IMG/VR virus record: IMGVR_UViG_3300025684_000012
Length of the DNA: 64,000 bases
Strand: one strand, 5' to 3'
DNA from: a virus
This document shows, piece after piece, positions 29,125-38,546 of the stretch. Below the pieces are notes generated by a model. It was given only the letters and a program-made list of their open reading frames with translations. It ran no database searches and was not told the DNA's origin. Positions within the stretch are counted from its first letter, which is position 1. Every line of letters starts with the position of its first letter. Position numbers and translations under genes: made by a program.

Positions 29125-29373
29125 TTACGCCGCGTTTCCAAACAGCTGTGACATGCCTTCGTATACAACGTTGTAAGCGCTTAGCTCGTACGACCAGTTG
29201 TAGTAGAACTCATCGTCGTCTTGCTCTTCACCGGGCAGGTTAATGTATTCAGCCCAGAGACGGTCCATAGACTTCATACCTTCAAGACAGTCACCGTTTC
29301 CACGGCGAGCCATCATTTTCCACGCGTCGTCAAAAGACATCTCAACTTCGTAAAACTCAGGCAATCTAAACAT
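29125..29373 (-). CDS. Hypothetical early protein
   Basis: Start reassigned to MFRLP after GAGAGAG RBS. Confidence 0.6.
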   Translation of the reverse strand: MFRLPEFYEVEMSFDDAWKMMARRGNGDCLEGMKSMDRLWAEYINLPGEEQDDDEFYYNWSYELSAYNVVYEGMSQLFGNAA

Positions 29374-29380
29374 ATCAATC

Positions 29381-29490
29381 TCTCTCTCAGTTCTCATTCA
29401 ATATAGCTATTATACTTGTTTGAGTGACAAAGACAACAGGCAAAACACTTTTTTTTCAGTTTTTTTTCAATTATTTCGTGTTTTTTTGAT
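29381..29490 (-). repeat. Early-promoter repeat, copy 1 (A-tract UP element, TTGTCT -35, TATAAT -10, leader, RBS)
   Basis: 29381-29437 matches 33784-33840 at 55/57 nt; a further shared T-rich block at 29461-29490 and 33843-33873. Confidence 0.85.
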
Positions 29491-29576
29491 GGTGTTCACG
29501 CGCAGTATTAGTGGGGCGCGTTTTAGGGGAGCCCTACTCCGAGCGAAGTAGGGGGGGGATTCTGTAGATTATTGCA

Positions 29577-30395
29577 TTATTGCTGGGTTTTATACCGTCT
29601 ATCATTCCAGTGCTGGACCATATCAATCTTCCAGTCACCGCCCGTATAATGACAAAACTTAGCCTTATCCAAGAATTCTTGTTCTGTGCTGTAGTGGGGA
29701 GAGTCGTTCCATGTCTGGTCGATTGTTTCGATGTCAAACTCATGCTTAGCAAACATCGCTGAGATGTATGGTTGATCATTCATAATAGACATATGGAAGT
29801 CGCCAGTGTAACACCATTCTTCCCAAGGGGTGAATAGCTCACGAGCTCGTAGTCGCGCTTCGCGGGACCAGATCACTACACCAGTGTTCATGATAGTCAT
29901 CTTGCTAGGGCGATTTGGTGGTAACGTTGGTAGTACCGGGCACCCATGCATTTCAAACTTCTTACGGAAGTTGTTGAAGGTATCACTGCTACTATCCCAC
30001 GAGTTGTACCCCCCACCCGAAGCCGTTACGAAGTCAGACTCTAGCACACCATACACGTCAGCACCTGATTGAGCTAAGTCGAAGATATTCTCGTCAGTGT
30101 TTACTACAATATCAGTATCGACAAATAGCACGTTATCGTATTGATCAAACATAGGGTCTAACCAGGTGCGCGCGCATTCGTGTAGTAGCGACGTATTACA
30201 ACCATGACCTTTAGTGGTGATCCGCTCATCCCAGTACAGATGGTCTGCACCGATCTTATCAGCATACTGCTTGAACGATTCTCTAGATATCCGCGCACAC
30301 TCTTGATACAAATCAGAGCGCTTCCAACCTTGTATATCGCCTCGCTTATCTACTTCGGGTGAAGTGATCATATACTGTATAATAATATTTTTCAT
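29577..30395 (-). CDS. Glycosyltransferase (GT-A, GT8/GT34-like)
   Basis: YDNVLFVDTDI, NTGV, DQPY, WN, HYTG. Confidence 0.8.
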   Translation of the reverse strand: MKNIIIQYMITSPEVDKRGDIQGWKRSDLYQECARISRESFKQYADKIGADHLYWDERITTKGHGCNTSLLHECARTWLDPMFDQYDNVLFVDTDIVVNTDENIFDLAQSGADVYGVLESDFVTASGGGYNSWDSSSDTFNNFRKKFEMHGCPVLPTLPPNRPSKMTIMNTGVVIWSREARLRARELFTPWEEWCYTGDFHMSIMNDQPYISAMFAKHEFDIETIDQTWNDSPHYSTEQEFLDKAKFCHYTGGDWKIDMVQHWNDRRYKTQQ

Positions 30396-30745
30396 TAATA
30401 TTCCCAGGCGACCGCAGTGTCTTCGCGCCAATCCAAATGTACAAATGTTTTATTAACACCAATGCCGGTTGCTCCCAGCAATAGACCACACTTGATTATT
30501 TCATATCGCTCAGCTCCGCCGTTAACCTTAATGTCAACAGCCAGCCCTTGAGCGTGTGTTCCTGGTGTGAGCTTTCTAGCCTCAATTGGGTGTAGTGGAC
30601 TACGGTATGCTGATGTTATGGTTAGAGGTCGTCCTACCATATCACGTAATTCCTGTATCTTATCGACTACGTGTTTCTGTATGCCGTGTTCGCCGGTATG
30701 CTGACATTTAAATTCATCAGCAGTAAAATTTTTAGTCGAATACAT
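30395..30745 (-). CDS. Peptidase M15 (putative endolysin)
   Basis: EFKC, ITSAYR, H..G.AVDI, FVHLD. Confidence 0.88.
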   Translation of the reverse strand: MYSTKNFTADEFKCQHTGEHGIQKHVVDKIQELRDMVGRPLTITSAYRSPLHPIEARKLTPGTHAQGLAVDIKVNGGAERYEIIKCGLLLGATGIGVNKTFVHLDWREDTAVAWEY

Positions 30746-30746
30746 A

Positions 30747-31418
30747 CTAAAGCCCTAGTTCATTCTTAGCGATTATGTAGTCTTTCACTAGATCGCTTCT
30801 CACGATATCTTCAATCTGGAAGTCTATCATATCAAACTGATCCATTGATTTAAGTATCTTAAAAAAGTCATTTAAGCCCGACTGCTCGCGTTTGCCAGCG
30901 AAGTCGTCTTGCCTGAAATCCCCACAGAAGATAATTCTACAGTTAGTGCCTACGCGCGTCATAATACTGTCCAACTCGTGGAAGGTCATGTTCTGACATT
31001 CATCTACAAGTATCACAGCGTTATCTATTGTAATACCTCGAATAAATGAGGTTGTCATAAACTCCACAACAAACTTCTGTTTGAGAATCTCATAGGCATC
31101 TCCACGCTCAAACATCTCGGCAGCGATATCTTTATAAGGTTCTTCGTATACAGCAGACTTCTCTTTGTCTGTTCCTGGTAGGAACCCGATATCCCTAGTC
31201 GGTACCGCTGAGCGAATGATAACCATTCGGGTTTGCTGCTTTTGTGCCAGGGCTCTGTAACCTAGATAGCACGCGACATAGGTTTTACCTGTGCCAGCTA
31301 CACCGTGCATGATTAGGTGTTTTTCGCTATTGAATGCAATAGCTTGGTTACTTGTTAGTGGTTCTCTTAGTTGTACATTTAGCTGGTTACCAGCTAGCGT
31401 GGCAGCTTTTTTAGCCAT
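30747..31418 (-). CDS. phoH: PhoH-like ATPase
   Basis: G.AGTGKT, IGFLPG, FIRG.T, VDECQN, GD..Q.D, DIVRS. Confidence 0.95.
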   Translation of the reverse strand: MAKKAATLAGNQLNVQLREPLTSNQAIAFNSEKHLIMHGVAGTGKTYVACYLGYRALAQKQQTRMVIIRSAVPTRDIGFLPGTDKEKSAVYEEPYKDIAAEMFERGDAYEILKQKFVVEFMTTSFIRGITIDNAVILVDECQNMTFHELDSIMTRVGTNCRIIFCGDFRQDDFAGKREQSGLNDFFKILKSMDQFDMIDFQIEDIVRSDLVKDYIIAKNELGL

Positions 31419-31427
31419 TGTAAACCT

Positions 31428-31664
31428 TTAAGTATTGATGGTGTTTTTCTTGCCTGCACCTTTTTTAATATTATTCAGGTGAGATTCCCAGTCCTTACCA
31501 GCCATACTCAATGTAGATTTTGATTGAGATACCAGCCCAGGAGCGCTCGTATAGAAGCGCTCCCAGCCTGGGTTATCAATCAACCAATTATCATAATTAG
31601 ATATGGACAAGAACTGTTCGCAGACCTCTCCCGTCTCTTTGTTTCTAAATTCATAGCTAGGCAT
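31428..31664 (-). CDS. Conserved small protein (FmdB-like N-terminus)
   Basis: MPSYEFRNKETGE. Confidence 0.65.
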   Translation of the reverse strand: MPSYEFRNKETGEVCEQFLSISNYDNWLIDNPGWERFYTSAPGLVSQSKSTLSMAGKDWESHLNNIKKGAGKKNTINT

Positions 31665-32010
31665 TGTTTATATCACTCTTTCGAATAACCCATTTATTAC
31701 GAAGTTCACTACGACAAGACATTCACCCAGTCTTGAAGAGATTGGGATCACCTCCTTATCTCGAAATTTCCTGAATAGTTTGGGTTAAAAAACTACAGTG
31801 TGTTGCTAAATCTACCGTTCGTCTATTTTTGTTGACTACTTGGGCGAATCGCTTCAATTCGTTTCGTTGTTTTTCTAACTCTTCTTGGATTTCCGACATA
31901 AAGTCTCCTTTAGTTTTTATTAGTGAAATTTACCGTTTAAACGTTAGGCTCTGTATTCGAATGATGCTCCTGTTAGGTGGTTGATGGGAAGGGTTATATA
32001 CTAATACTTA

Positions 32011-32436
32011 TCACTGACGGATAAGTTCTGGGAAAGCCTCTTGTACTAATTTTTTAGTAAGATACTTTACCTTCAGATCTTTGTCTTTCATATTGCAAAC
32101 AAGCTGAGCGTCGGTGGGGTGAATGGCTTCCAACAGCTGAATAAACTTCTGTTCGCGACGGACTGCAGGGAGGGCATCTCCGGTACCACCTACGATAAAC
32201 AATCCTAGTTCCTTGTGCTTCTTCAATAGGGTAGACGGTACGGATTCCGGTTTATTCGGCTCGTACGGAGGTGCGCCTTCTGGTAGGTTGAACTGTAGGG
32301 TGTCATCAAAAGATGCGCGCAGAACGTCTTTCAGCGCCCAGACATCGCTGTATTGTTGAAGCACCGATATACGGTCCTTTTTGCTTTTGGCTTGGCTAAA
32401 CTTTTCAATTATTTCGTAAACTTCAATACGTCTCAT
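32011..32436 (-). CDS. Conserved T4-like hypothetical protein
   Basis: LPEG.PPY, RE..FIQLLE..HP.DA, LV..AFP.L. Confidence 0.75.
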   Translation of the reverse strand: MRRIEVYEIIEKFSQAKSKKDRISVLQQYSDVWALKDVLRASFDDTLQFNLPEGAPPYEPNKPESVPSTLLKKHKELGLFIVGGTGDALPAVRREQKFIQLLEAIHPTDAQLVCNMKDKDLKVKYLTKKLVQEAFPELIRQ

Positions 32437-32484
32437 TTTAAGCTCCTCATTATCAAATGGTGATATATCTATAAGTTAGTTATC

Positions 32485-32754
32485 TTACAAATTGTATATT
32501 TGGTAGCAGCGATACTGTATATTTCGTATTGTTATATTCTCGCTATTAACACAATCAGTAATCAATTCACGAGCAATACTTTTATACAGTTCTCTGTCCG
32601 CTGCAGTATCCCTATTATATTTGTTGAGCTCAATCAACTGGGCTTTCATCATTTGATTCTGCTTGAATGTATCCACCACATGCAGGGTAAATGCACTAAA
32701 CAATGCAATTGATAATATGAGTACTGCACGTCGGATAGTAGTTGTAGATCTCAT
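32485..32754 (-). CDS. Hypothetical membrane-anchored protein
   Basis: N-terminal TM followed by coiled coil. Confidence 0.55.
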   Translation of the reverse strand: MRSTTTIRRAVLILSIALFSAFTLHVVDTFKQNQMMKAQLIELNKYNRDTAADRELYKSIARELITDCVNSENITIRNIQYRCYQIYNL

Positions 32755-32798
32755 GATAGGAACTCCCGCTATATTACTATATAGGGGAGTCTGGAGTT

Positions 32799-33017
32799 CT
32801 ATACAGGCAGTTGTGAGACTCTTTGTTTCTTGAATGTACGGCCCTTCGTTGAGAAGATGTTAGACTTGAAAGGAAAGAACTCGCCACCCTCTTCTCTCTG
32901 ATACCCGTGTAGACGAGTGTTTCGATCAGAGACATAATAAATGTAGTTATTCACTTTGAAGCCGCAGCCTTCCCACTTTGTGGTTTCTGTCAACTTATAA
33001 TAATGCATATCACTCAT
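32799..33017 (-). CDS. Hypothetical protein
   Basis: ORF in early cluster. Confidence 0.55.
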   Translation of the reverse strand: MSDMHYYKLTETTKWEGCGFKVNNYIYYVSDRNTRLHGYQREEGGEFFPFKSNIFSTKGRTFKKQRVSQLPV

Positions 33018-33149
33018 ATCTCTGACCCTTCGTTGGTTTGTTTATCTGCATAAAAAGTACACACTGAGACATCGTTCCGCGGAACATCGGCCGATTGTAC
33101 CGATGTCGTCTAACTTCGTAAAGTCCATCCCCTATCTTTATGATATGCA

Positions 33150-33392
33150 TCATTTCACCTGTATTACTTTACCGACTTCTAAATCAGGAGCATTCTCTTT
33201 CTTGTAGAAGAACACTGAGACATCATCACGTCCCTTCACGCGAGCAAAGTACCAATCGATCTCATCGCGCAGCTCACAAGCCTTACTACGTCCAAGAACT
33301 TCAACGCGATTGAGTAATTCCTGGAAGTCCTTGCGTCCTTCGTTACTTTCTAGAACTGCATCAATCACATACTTCTGTACTGTATCTACCAT
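33150..33392 (-). CDS. Hypothetical early protein
   Basis: GAGGA RBS; promoter-like GTTGAC..GATAAT upstream. Confidence 0.6.
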   Translation of the reverse strand: MVDTVQKYVIDAVLESNEGRKDFQELLNRVEVLGRSKACELRDEIDWYFARVKGRDDVSVFFYKKENAPDLEVGKVIQVK

Positions 33393-33473
33393 AATTATAT
33401 CCTCATCGACTCAAATTTACAGGAGCATTATCTAACGTATTACAACGTAAGTCAACGCTATTATACAAAATAA

Positions 33474-33776
33474 TTAACCAGCCAAAGTGACCCGTTCATC
33501 AAACTCAGTCATGCCCATTTCAAAAGGAACAATCATTTCAGTGCCAACTCGGCTGATATCAAACTCGGTAGATCCTGTTACAGAGTCTGTTACATACACT
33601 GTGTAACCATCGCACAGGTAAACCTCTTTATCCATGTCAGGATACGGTTTTCCGTAGATAGGACCTTTAGACAATACACGACCAACCAGGTAGGAATCAT
33701 TCCGATCAGACATTGGACGGAAGTCCATCGCTTTGATCAGATCACCAACATTAGCAGTATTTTCGAATTTTAACAT
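33474..33776 (-). CDS. Hypothetical early protein
   Basis: Start reassigned to MLKFEN after GAGAGAG RBS. Confidence 0.6.
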   Translation of the reverse strand: MLKFENTANVGDLIKAMDFRPMSDRNDSYLVGRVLSKGPIYGKPYPDMDKEVYLCDGYTVYVTDSVTGSTEFDISRVGTEMIVPFEMGMTEFDERVTLAG

Positions 33777-33783
33777 AATATAG

Positions 33784-33873
33784 TCTCTCTCAGTTCTCAT
33801 TCAATATAGGTATTATACATGTTTGAGTGACAAAGACAACGCTTTTTTTCAATTATTTTGTGTTTTTTTCGAT
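33784..33873 (-). repeat. Early-promoter repeat, copy 2
   Basis: Near-identical to 29381-29490. Confidence 0.85.
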
Positions 33874-34496
33874 TATTTTTGGCTGATCATGTAGTCAAAT
33901 TCTCTACATTTTATGCAGGATCCGCAATGATCGAGGGATGGGTGCACGCAGGTATGCACTAATTGCTGGATGTGCTCAGGTAAAGTATTCCACTGCTCGA
34001 GCTTGGACATATGGGCAAGAGGCGCAGACATTGTGGTGTGTATCCCAAGCCTACCTAATACGCGCTCTATACTACGAAAATGGTCATCCACCCAATCGGT
34101 ATGCTTATCCCCAAGTTCATCCCCCGCAGTGATTATGCCGCCATTGTACCCATAGTAAATGTTTCGTATCTGTGGGTTATTCAGGTTAACCAGTTGCGCT
34201 ATATTAGTCCAGATGAAGAACATGGGAGGAGCAGACTGCCCCCACAATTTGTTCCAGTGGTCGACGGTCTGTTGTCTGTCGCAACAGGGGTCCGGATTGA
34301 AGTATTCTATAATGCGTAGGTCAACATCCAGTGCTTCCGCTATATTCTGTGCGGCCTGTAGTTGCTGTTGCCAGTGTGCACCCAACTCAACGTGAAAGCA
34401 AAGAGGTTTAAAACCTTGCTGTATGCAGTGATACAGAGCTGCTGTTGATTCAGTGCCCCCGGATAACGGTATGATACAATCGTAACTAGTCTTCAT
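33873..34496 (-). CDS. queC: QueC-like PP-loop ATPase (7-cyano-7-deazaguanine synthase family)
   Basis: PLSGGTEST PP-loop, APL..MSK, C-terminal C...CGSCIKC zinc site; divergent. Confidence 0.65.
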   Translation of the reverse strand: MKTSYDCIIPLSGGTESTAALYHCIQQGFKPLCFHVELGAHWQQQLQAAQNIAEALDVDLRIIEYFNPDPCCDRQQTVDHWNKLWGQSAPPMFFIWTNIAQLVNLNNPQIRNIYYGYNGGIITAGDELGDKHTDWVDDHFRSIERVLGRLGIHTTMSAPLAHMSKLEQWNTLPEHIQQLVHTCVHPSLDHCGSCIKCREFDYMISQK

Positions 34497-34923
34497 TCCA
34501 CGATTCCTTCAATTCATTAGAGAGGTGCTTAGAATTAATTTTCACTCCAATGAACTCATTATAAAAATCTTCTCTTAGTAGGACGTCATACTGAAACTGT
34601 AGCTTAGCTTCGTAATACGAGCATTCGCCCTTAGTTTTACATAGGTGCAGGATCTCTCTTTTGTATCCATCGCCCCCCTGTTCTTTAACTAACAGCTTCA
34701 ACTCCTGGTTTGACCCGTAGTACGTCATCCAGTCAGATTGAACACGAGTTTTTACTTTGCGCTTCCTAGTCTTAGTGACTGGCAGCGTCTTAGGCTTCCA
34801 GAAGAATTTCTTTCCGATGTATTTCTTACCAGTGCTAAACTCGGTAATCAGATAAACGAAACCCTGATAGTCCTCGAGGAAGGACTGATCAGGGTTAAAT
34901 TGTTCATTGTTGTATAACCACAC
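34486..34923 (-). CDS. GIY-YIG endonuclease
   Basis: GFVYLI.....GKKYIGKK, W..YYGS, REIL, YN. Confidence 0.85.
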   Translation of the reverse strand: MWLYNNEQFNPDQSFLEDYQGFVYLITEFSTGKKYIGKKFFWKPKTLPVTKTRKRKVKTRVQSDWMTYYGSNQELKLLVKEQGGDGYKREILHLCKTKGECSYYEAKLQFQYDVLLREDFYNEFIGVKINSKHLSNELKESWNED

Positions 34924-34976
34924 TATTTGTACACTCTACACTAACCATCGAATGTAATATATAGTGTGTCTGTAAC

Positions 34977-35117
34977 TTAGTCGTCCATATCAGTGGGTTC
35001 TGGCTCTACATCCTCTCCGCACATAGGACAGTGAGCTGGACGTTCTTCATCATACCTCACTTCTACTACGGTGAGGATATCGCACACTGGACAGTTTATT
35101 TCAAACTGATTTCCCAT
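34977..35117 (-). CDS. Small zinc-ribbon protein (46 aa; not in ORF track)
   Basis: MGNQFEINCPVCDILTVVEVRYDEERPAHCPMCGEDVEPEPTDMDD; start overlaps nrdB stop. Confidence 0.65.
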   Translation of the reverse strand: MGNQFEINCPVCDILTVVEVRYDEERPAHCPMCGEDVEPEPTDMDD

Positions 35118-36109
35118 TAAGCTACCTCTCGTTCAATATAATCCCATCCATAGTCGTCCCCTTCCATTCCGACTACAGAATATTCCGTCACACGCTTCTC
35201 GAAAAAGTTATCATGTGACGCCCCATTAAGTACCCAATCCAACCAAGGAAGAGGGTTGTGTTTCGCAGAGAACAACGCTTTCATACCAAGCTGAAGTAGT
35301 CGTCTATCTGCAATATGACGTATGTATTGTTTTACTTCTTCCTTATCAAGCCCCTGTACCTGTGTACCGTCTCCACCTGCATAAGCTAGGTCGATAAACT
35401 TATCTTCCAGCTTAACAGCGTTGCGAGCCATCTGATAGATCTTAGACTTGAGCTCGTCATTAACAATGCGCGGATGTTCATCACAGAACTCGCGGAACAA
35501 CTTAGCATTACCTTGTACGTGCAGAGACTCGTCACGGATTGACCACTCAACGATTGTCCCCATACCCTTCATCTTACCGAAACGTTGGAAGTTGAGCAGC
35601 ATAACAAAAGAAGCAAATACGGACATACCTTCGTTGAATACAGACTGAGCTAACGCTAACGCTAACCCTGTATGAGAGTTGATGTCTCCTTCTTTCATGA
35701 AGTTAATCTTATCTGCCATCTCCTTGTATTCTAGGAATTTATGGAAGTCTTCGTCGGGTAACCCAAGAGTGTCATTCAACAAGGCGTATGCCCGTTGGTG
35801 TACAGCCTCACGAGCAGCAAATGATGAGAGCATATTACGCACCTCATTATTCTTAAACTTAGGAATCAGCAACTCGTGGTAGTTTTCTCCTACTTGAACA
35901 TCTGATTGTGTGAACAGACGAAGGATGTGAGTAATGAATTCCTTCTCCTGCTCAGTTAACTTGGTCTTCCAATCTTGCACATCCTCTGAAAGCTCGGCCT
36001 CATCTTCAATCCAATGAACCTCTTCGTGCTTCTTAGATAGTTCGACGGCCCACGGATAATGAAACGGTTTGTATGACTCTGAAAAATTTAGTAGTTTTGA
36101 TTTTGACAT
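35117..36109 (-). CDS. nrdB: Class Ia ribonucleotide reductase beta subunit
   Basis: HW...E, E.VH..AY, EG, DESLH, NFFE.RV.EY. Confidence 0.96.
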   Translation of the reverse strand: MSKSKLLNFSESYKPFHYPWAVELSKKHEEVHWIEDEAELSEDVQDWKTKLTEQEKEFITHILRLFTQSDVQVGENYHELLIPKFKNNEVRNMLSSFAAREAVHQRAYALLNDTLGLPDEDFHKFLEYKEMADKINFMKEGDINSHTGLALALAQSVFNEGMSVFASFVMLLNFQRFGKMKGMGTIVEWSIRDESLHVQGNAKLFREFCDEHPRIVNDELKSKIYQMARNAVKLEDKFIDLAYAGGDGTQVQGLDKEEVKQYIRHIADRRLLQLGMKALFSAKHNPLPWLDWVLNGASHDNFFEKRVTEYSVVGMEGDDYGWDYIEREVA

Positions 36110-36134
36110 ATGTAATTTGTATTCCTATTAGGAT

Positions 36135-38147
36135 CTAGCCTTCGCATGCGCGGCAAGAATTATCTTCTTCTGGTGCGTCTATTGAGCACGCTTCTTTGCT
36201 CGAGAATTCGCTCATCAGTTCATCGTACCCGCCTACGTAGCGACCCTCGATATAGATTTGAGGAACTGTTTTAACTTTGCGACCTGTAACTTCAGCAGCA
36301 GTCTTGCCCATCTGATCCAGGTCTATGTAGTCGTATGGTATGCCGCGTAAAGATAGTTCATCTCTCGCCAGCTGACAGTATGGACATTTAGCCTTACCGT
36401 ATATGATTGATCTAACATCTCCTTGTAGAGCAACCCGTTCAACTTTCTCACTGACGTTCTCTGCGCGACTCTTAGCTTCTGTGCGCAGATAATACAACCC
36501 TTTTAGACCGTCCTTCCATGCCTTGATGTGGACAGCATTGACTACAGACTTATGTGTTCCTGACGGGAAGAACAGATTAACGGACTGACCTTGACAAATA
36601 TACTTCTGGCGATCTGCAGCGTGTTGAACTACCCAGGATTGGTCTAACTCTTGAGCAGTCTTATATATAGACTTTTCGCCCTCAGTTAGGAACGGTAAAT
36701 GTTGAACTGAGCCTCTATTTGTGATGATGGATGTCCAGATAGAATCGTTGTTCATACCTCTTTCTTCCAACAAAACCTCAAGGTGTTTGTTTTTAACCAA
36801 GAAAGACCCCGCACGAGTACGGTGGGTGTACGCACACGCTTTACTTGGTTCTATCGATGGGGAAGTGGACAGTATAACACCGGAGGATGCGTTCGGTGCA
36901 ATTGCCAATAAATGTGAGTTTCGTCGACCTGTTCCGATACCATCGGGATACTCTCCCCTTTGTTCAGCGAGAAGTTTAGTTTCCGCAATGGCTTCTTCGT
37001 TGATACGTTGAAAGACAACCTGATTGATTCCTTTCGCAGCTTCACTTTCCCACGCCACTCCGTGTTTTTGTAGTAGTGAGTGAAATCCCATCGCACCAAG
37101 CCCGATGGAACGTTCTCGTTCTGCACTGTACTTTGCTCTTGAAATTGAATCGGAGGCATGCTCGATAAAGTGCTGCAAGACGTTGTCAAGCATACGAATA
37201 AGATCGCGCACAATATTTGTATCTTTCCACTCATCATAGTATTCTAGGTTAAGTGAGGATAGGCAGCAAACAGCAGTGCGCTCAGCAGAAGTTGGCAAAT
37301 GAATTTCGTTACAGAGATTGGAACCATTAATACGAAGACCAAGATCTTTAAGATTCTGTGGCAGATGTCGGTTCGCTGTGTCGATAAAGTTAAGATATGG
37401 CTCTCCAGTTCGGAAACGTATTTCAAGCATACGCTCCCACAGCTTGCGAGCATTAACAGTTTCTTTGACAGCGCCATCTTTAGGATCTCTTAGATCGAAT
37501 TTCTTATTATTTATAACAGCGTCCATAAATTCATCGGTGATGTTGACCGCGTTGTGCAGATTTAATGCTTTACGTTGCACATCGCCCGTAGGTATACGCA
37601 TATTCAGAAACTCTACGATCTCGGGGTGACTGACATCCATGTACGCCGCATAAGAACCTTTACGGGTCTTGCCTTGACGGTATGCAATCATATCAGCATC
37701 TACGGTGTGGAGGAAAGGCATCGGTCCTGGAGCAATATCACTGACAGTGCGAACGTCTGACCAGTGACCACCTACGCCACCGCCCATGATAGACAACCAA
37801 CGCAATTCTGCTGTGTGGCTAATCAGACCTTCGAGCGTGTCGGGTACATAGGTCAAGAAACAAGAAATAGGTAGGCCGCGAGTCTTTTTACCCTCTTGAG
37901 GGGCGTTGGACAAAACAGGCGAAGCAAACATAAACCATTTGCGGCTCACATAGTCATATAGACGTTCCGAGAGACCTTCGTCCAAATCTCCTTTATACGT
38001 TGACCACGCTGCAGCTGCTCTTGCGTACGCTTGCTGGGGTGACGTTTCACCTTCTATCATGTAGAAATCTTTCAACATTCCCACTGCATAATCTGTTAAC
38101 AACTCGTCCCGAGTTAGATCAATTTTTATTGTCATTGTGTAATCCAA
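36135..38147 (-). CDS. nrdA: Class Ia ribonucleotide reductase alpha subunit with fused glutaredoxin
   Basis: PISCF, SNLCNEI, AIAPNAS, QGQSVNLF, LKGLYYLR; CPYC..TVPQI..GG glutaredoxin; terminal CRACEG. Confidence 0.96.
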   Translation of the reverse strand: MDYTMTIKIDLTRDELLTDYAVGMLKDFYMIEGETSPQQAYARAAAAWSTYKGDLDEGLSERLYDYVSRKWFMFASPVLSNAPQEGKKTRGLPISCFLTYVPDTLEGLISHTAELRWLSIMGGGVGGHWSDVRTVSDIAPGPMPFLHTVDADMIAYRQGKTRKGSYAAYMDVSHPEIVEFLNMRIPTGDVQRKALNLHNAVNITDEFMDAVINNKKFDLRDPKDGAVKETVNARKLWERMLEIRFRTGEPYLNFIDTANRHLPQNLKDLGLRINGSNLCNEIHLPTSAERTAVCCLSSLNLEYYDEWKDTNIVRDLIRMLDNVLQHFIEHASDSISRAKYSAERERSIGLGAMGFHSLLQKHGVAWESEAAKGINQVVFQRINEEAIAETKLLAEQRGEYPDGIGTGRRNSHLLAIAPNASSGVILSTSPSIEPSKACAYTHRTRAGSFLVKNKHLEVLLEERGMNNDSIWTSIITNRGSVQHLPFLTEGEKSIYKTAQELDQSWVVQHAADRQKYICQGQSVNLFFPSGTHKSVVNAVHIKAWKDGLKGLYYLRTEAKSRAENVSEKVERVALQGDVRSIIYGKAKCPYCQLARDELSLRGIPYDYIDLDQMGKTAAEVTGRKVKTVPQIYIEGRYVGGYDELMSEFSSKEACSIDAPEEDNSCRACEG

Positions 38148-38150
38148 ATT

Positions 38151-38492
38151 CTATGTTGAATAATCGTAAAAAGGTTCGTCTTCTTGGAAGTCGTAATCCT
38201 CAATCACCATTTGCTTACCGGATGCATAAAACTTCTCGGCACATTTCTTAATGTATTCTACTTGCTCATCATCGTCAAGTAGTCCTTCCCACATCATGTG
38301 ATTGAGGAATGACGCATTTATATTCTTGACTAGGGAGCAATCATGTGGTACGTATTTAGTATTCGCACCATGGAGGAATACGTATATACGTTCACAGTCT
38401 TTGTAAAGTTCTTCAGTCTGTTGTAATGATTCAGCGCCGACCGGCGCATCAAAGATAACTATCTTGTAGTTGGTACAATCGATCACTTGCAT
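38151..38492 (-). CDS. Hypothetical protein
   Basis: AAGGAG RBS; upstream of nrdA. Confidence 0.65.
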   Translation of the reverse strand: MQVIDCTNYKIVIFDAPVGAESLQQTEELYKDCERIYVFLHGANTKYVPHDCSLVKNINASFLNHMMWEGLLDDDEQVEYIKKCAEKFYASGKQMVIEDYDFQEDEPFYDYST

Positions 38493-38546
38493 AATATACT
38501 CCTTAATAGGGTTAATTATATAGGAGATTGGCTGATAAAGCTAGCT

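Noticed and set aside
29374-29397. Shared MRTER N-terminus of ORFs 29125 and 33474 (similar MNRER at 47501)
   Set aside because: Translation of the promoter-leader repeat; real starts lie after the GAGAGAG RBS
33060-33110. Clustered palindromes (GTTCCGCGGAAC, ATCGGCCGAT)
   Set aside because: Lie within a probable short minus-strand ORF; single occurrence, could be chance
35117-38147. Introns or inteins in nrdA/nrdB
   Set aside because: Both ORFs are continuous, of normal length and lack splicing motifs; the adjacent GIY-YIG gene is free-standing
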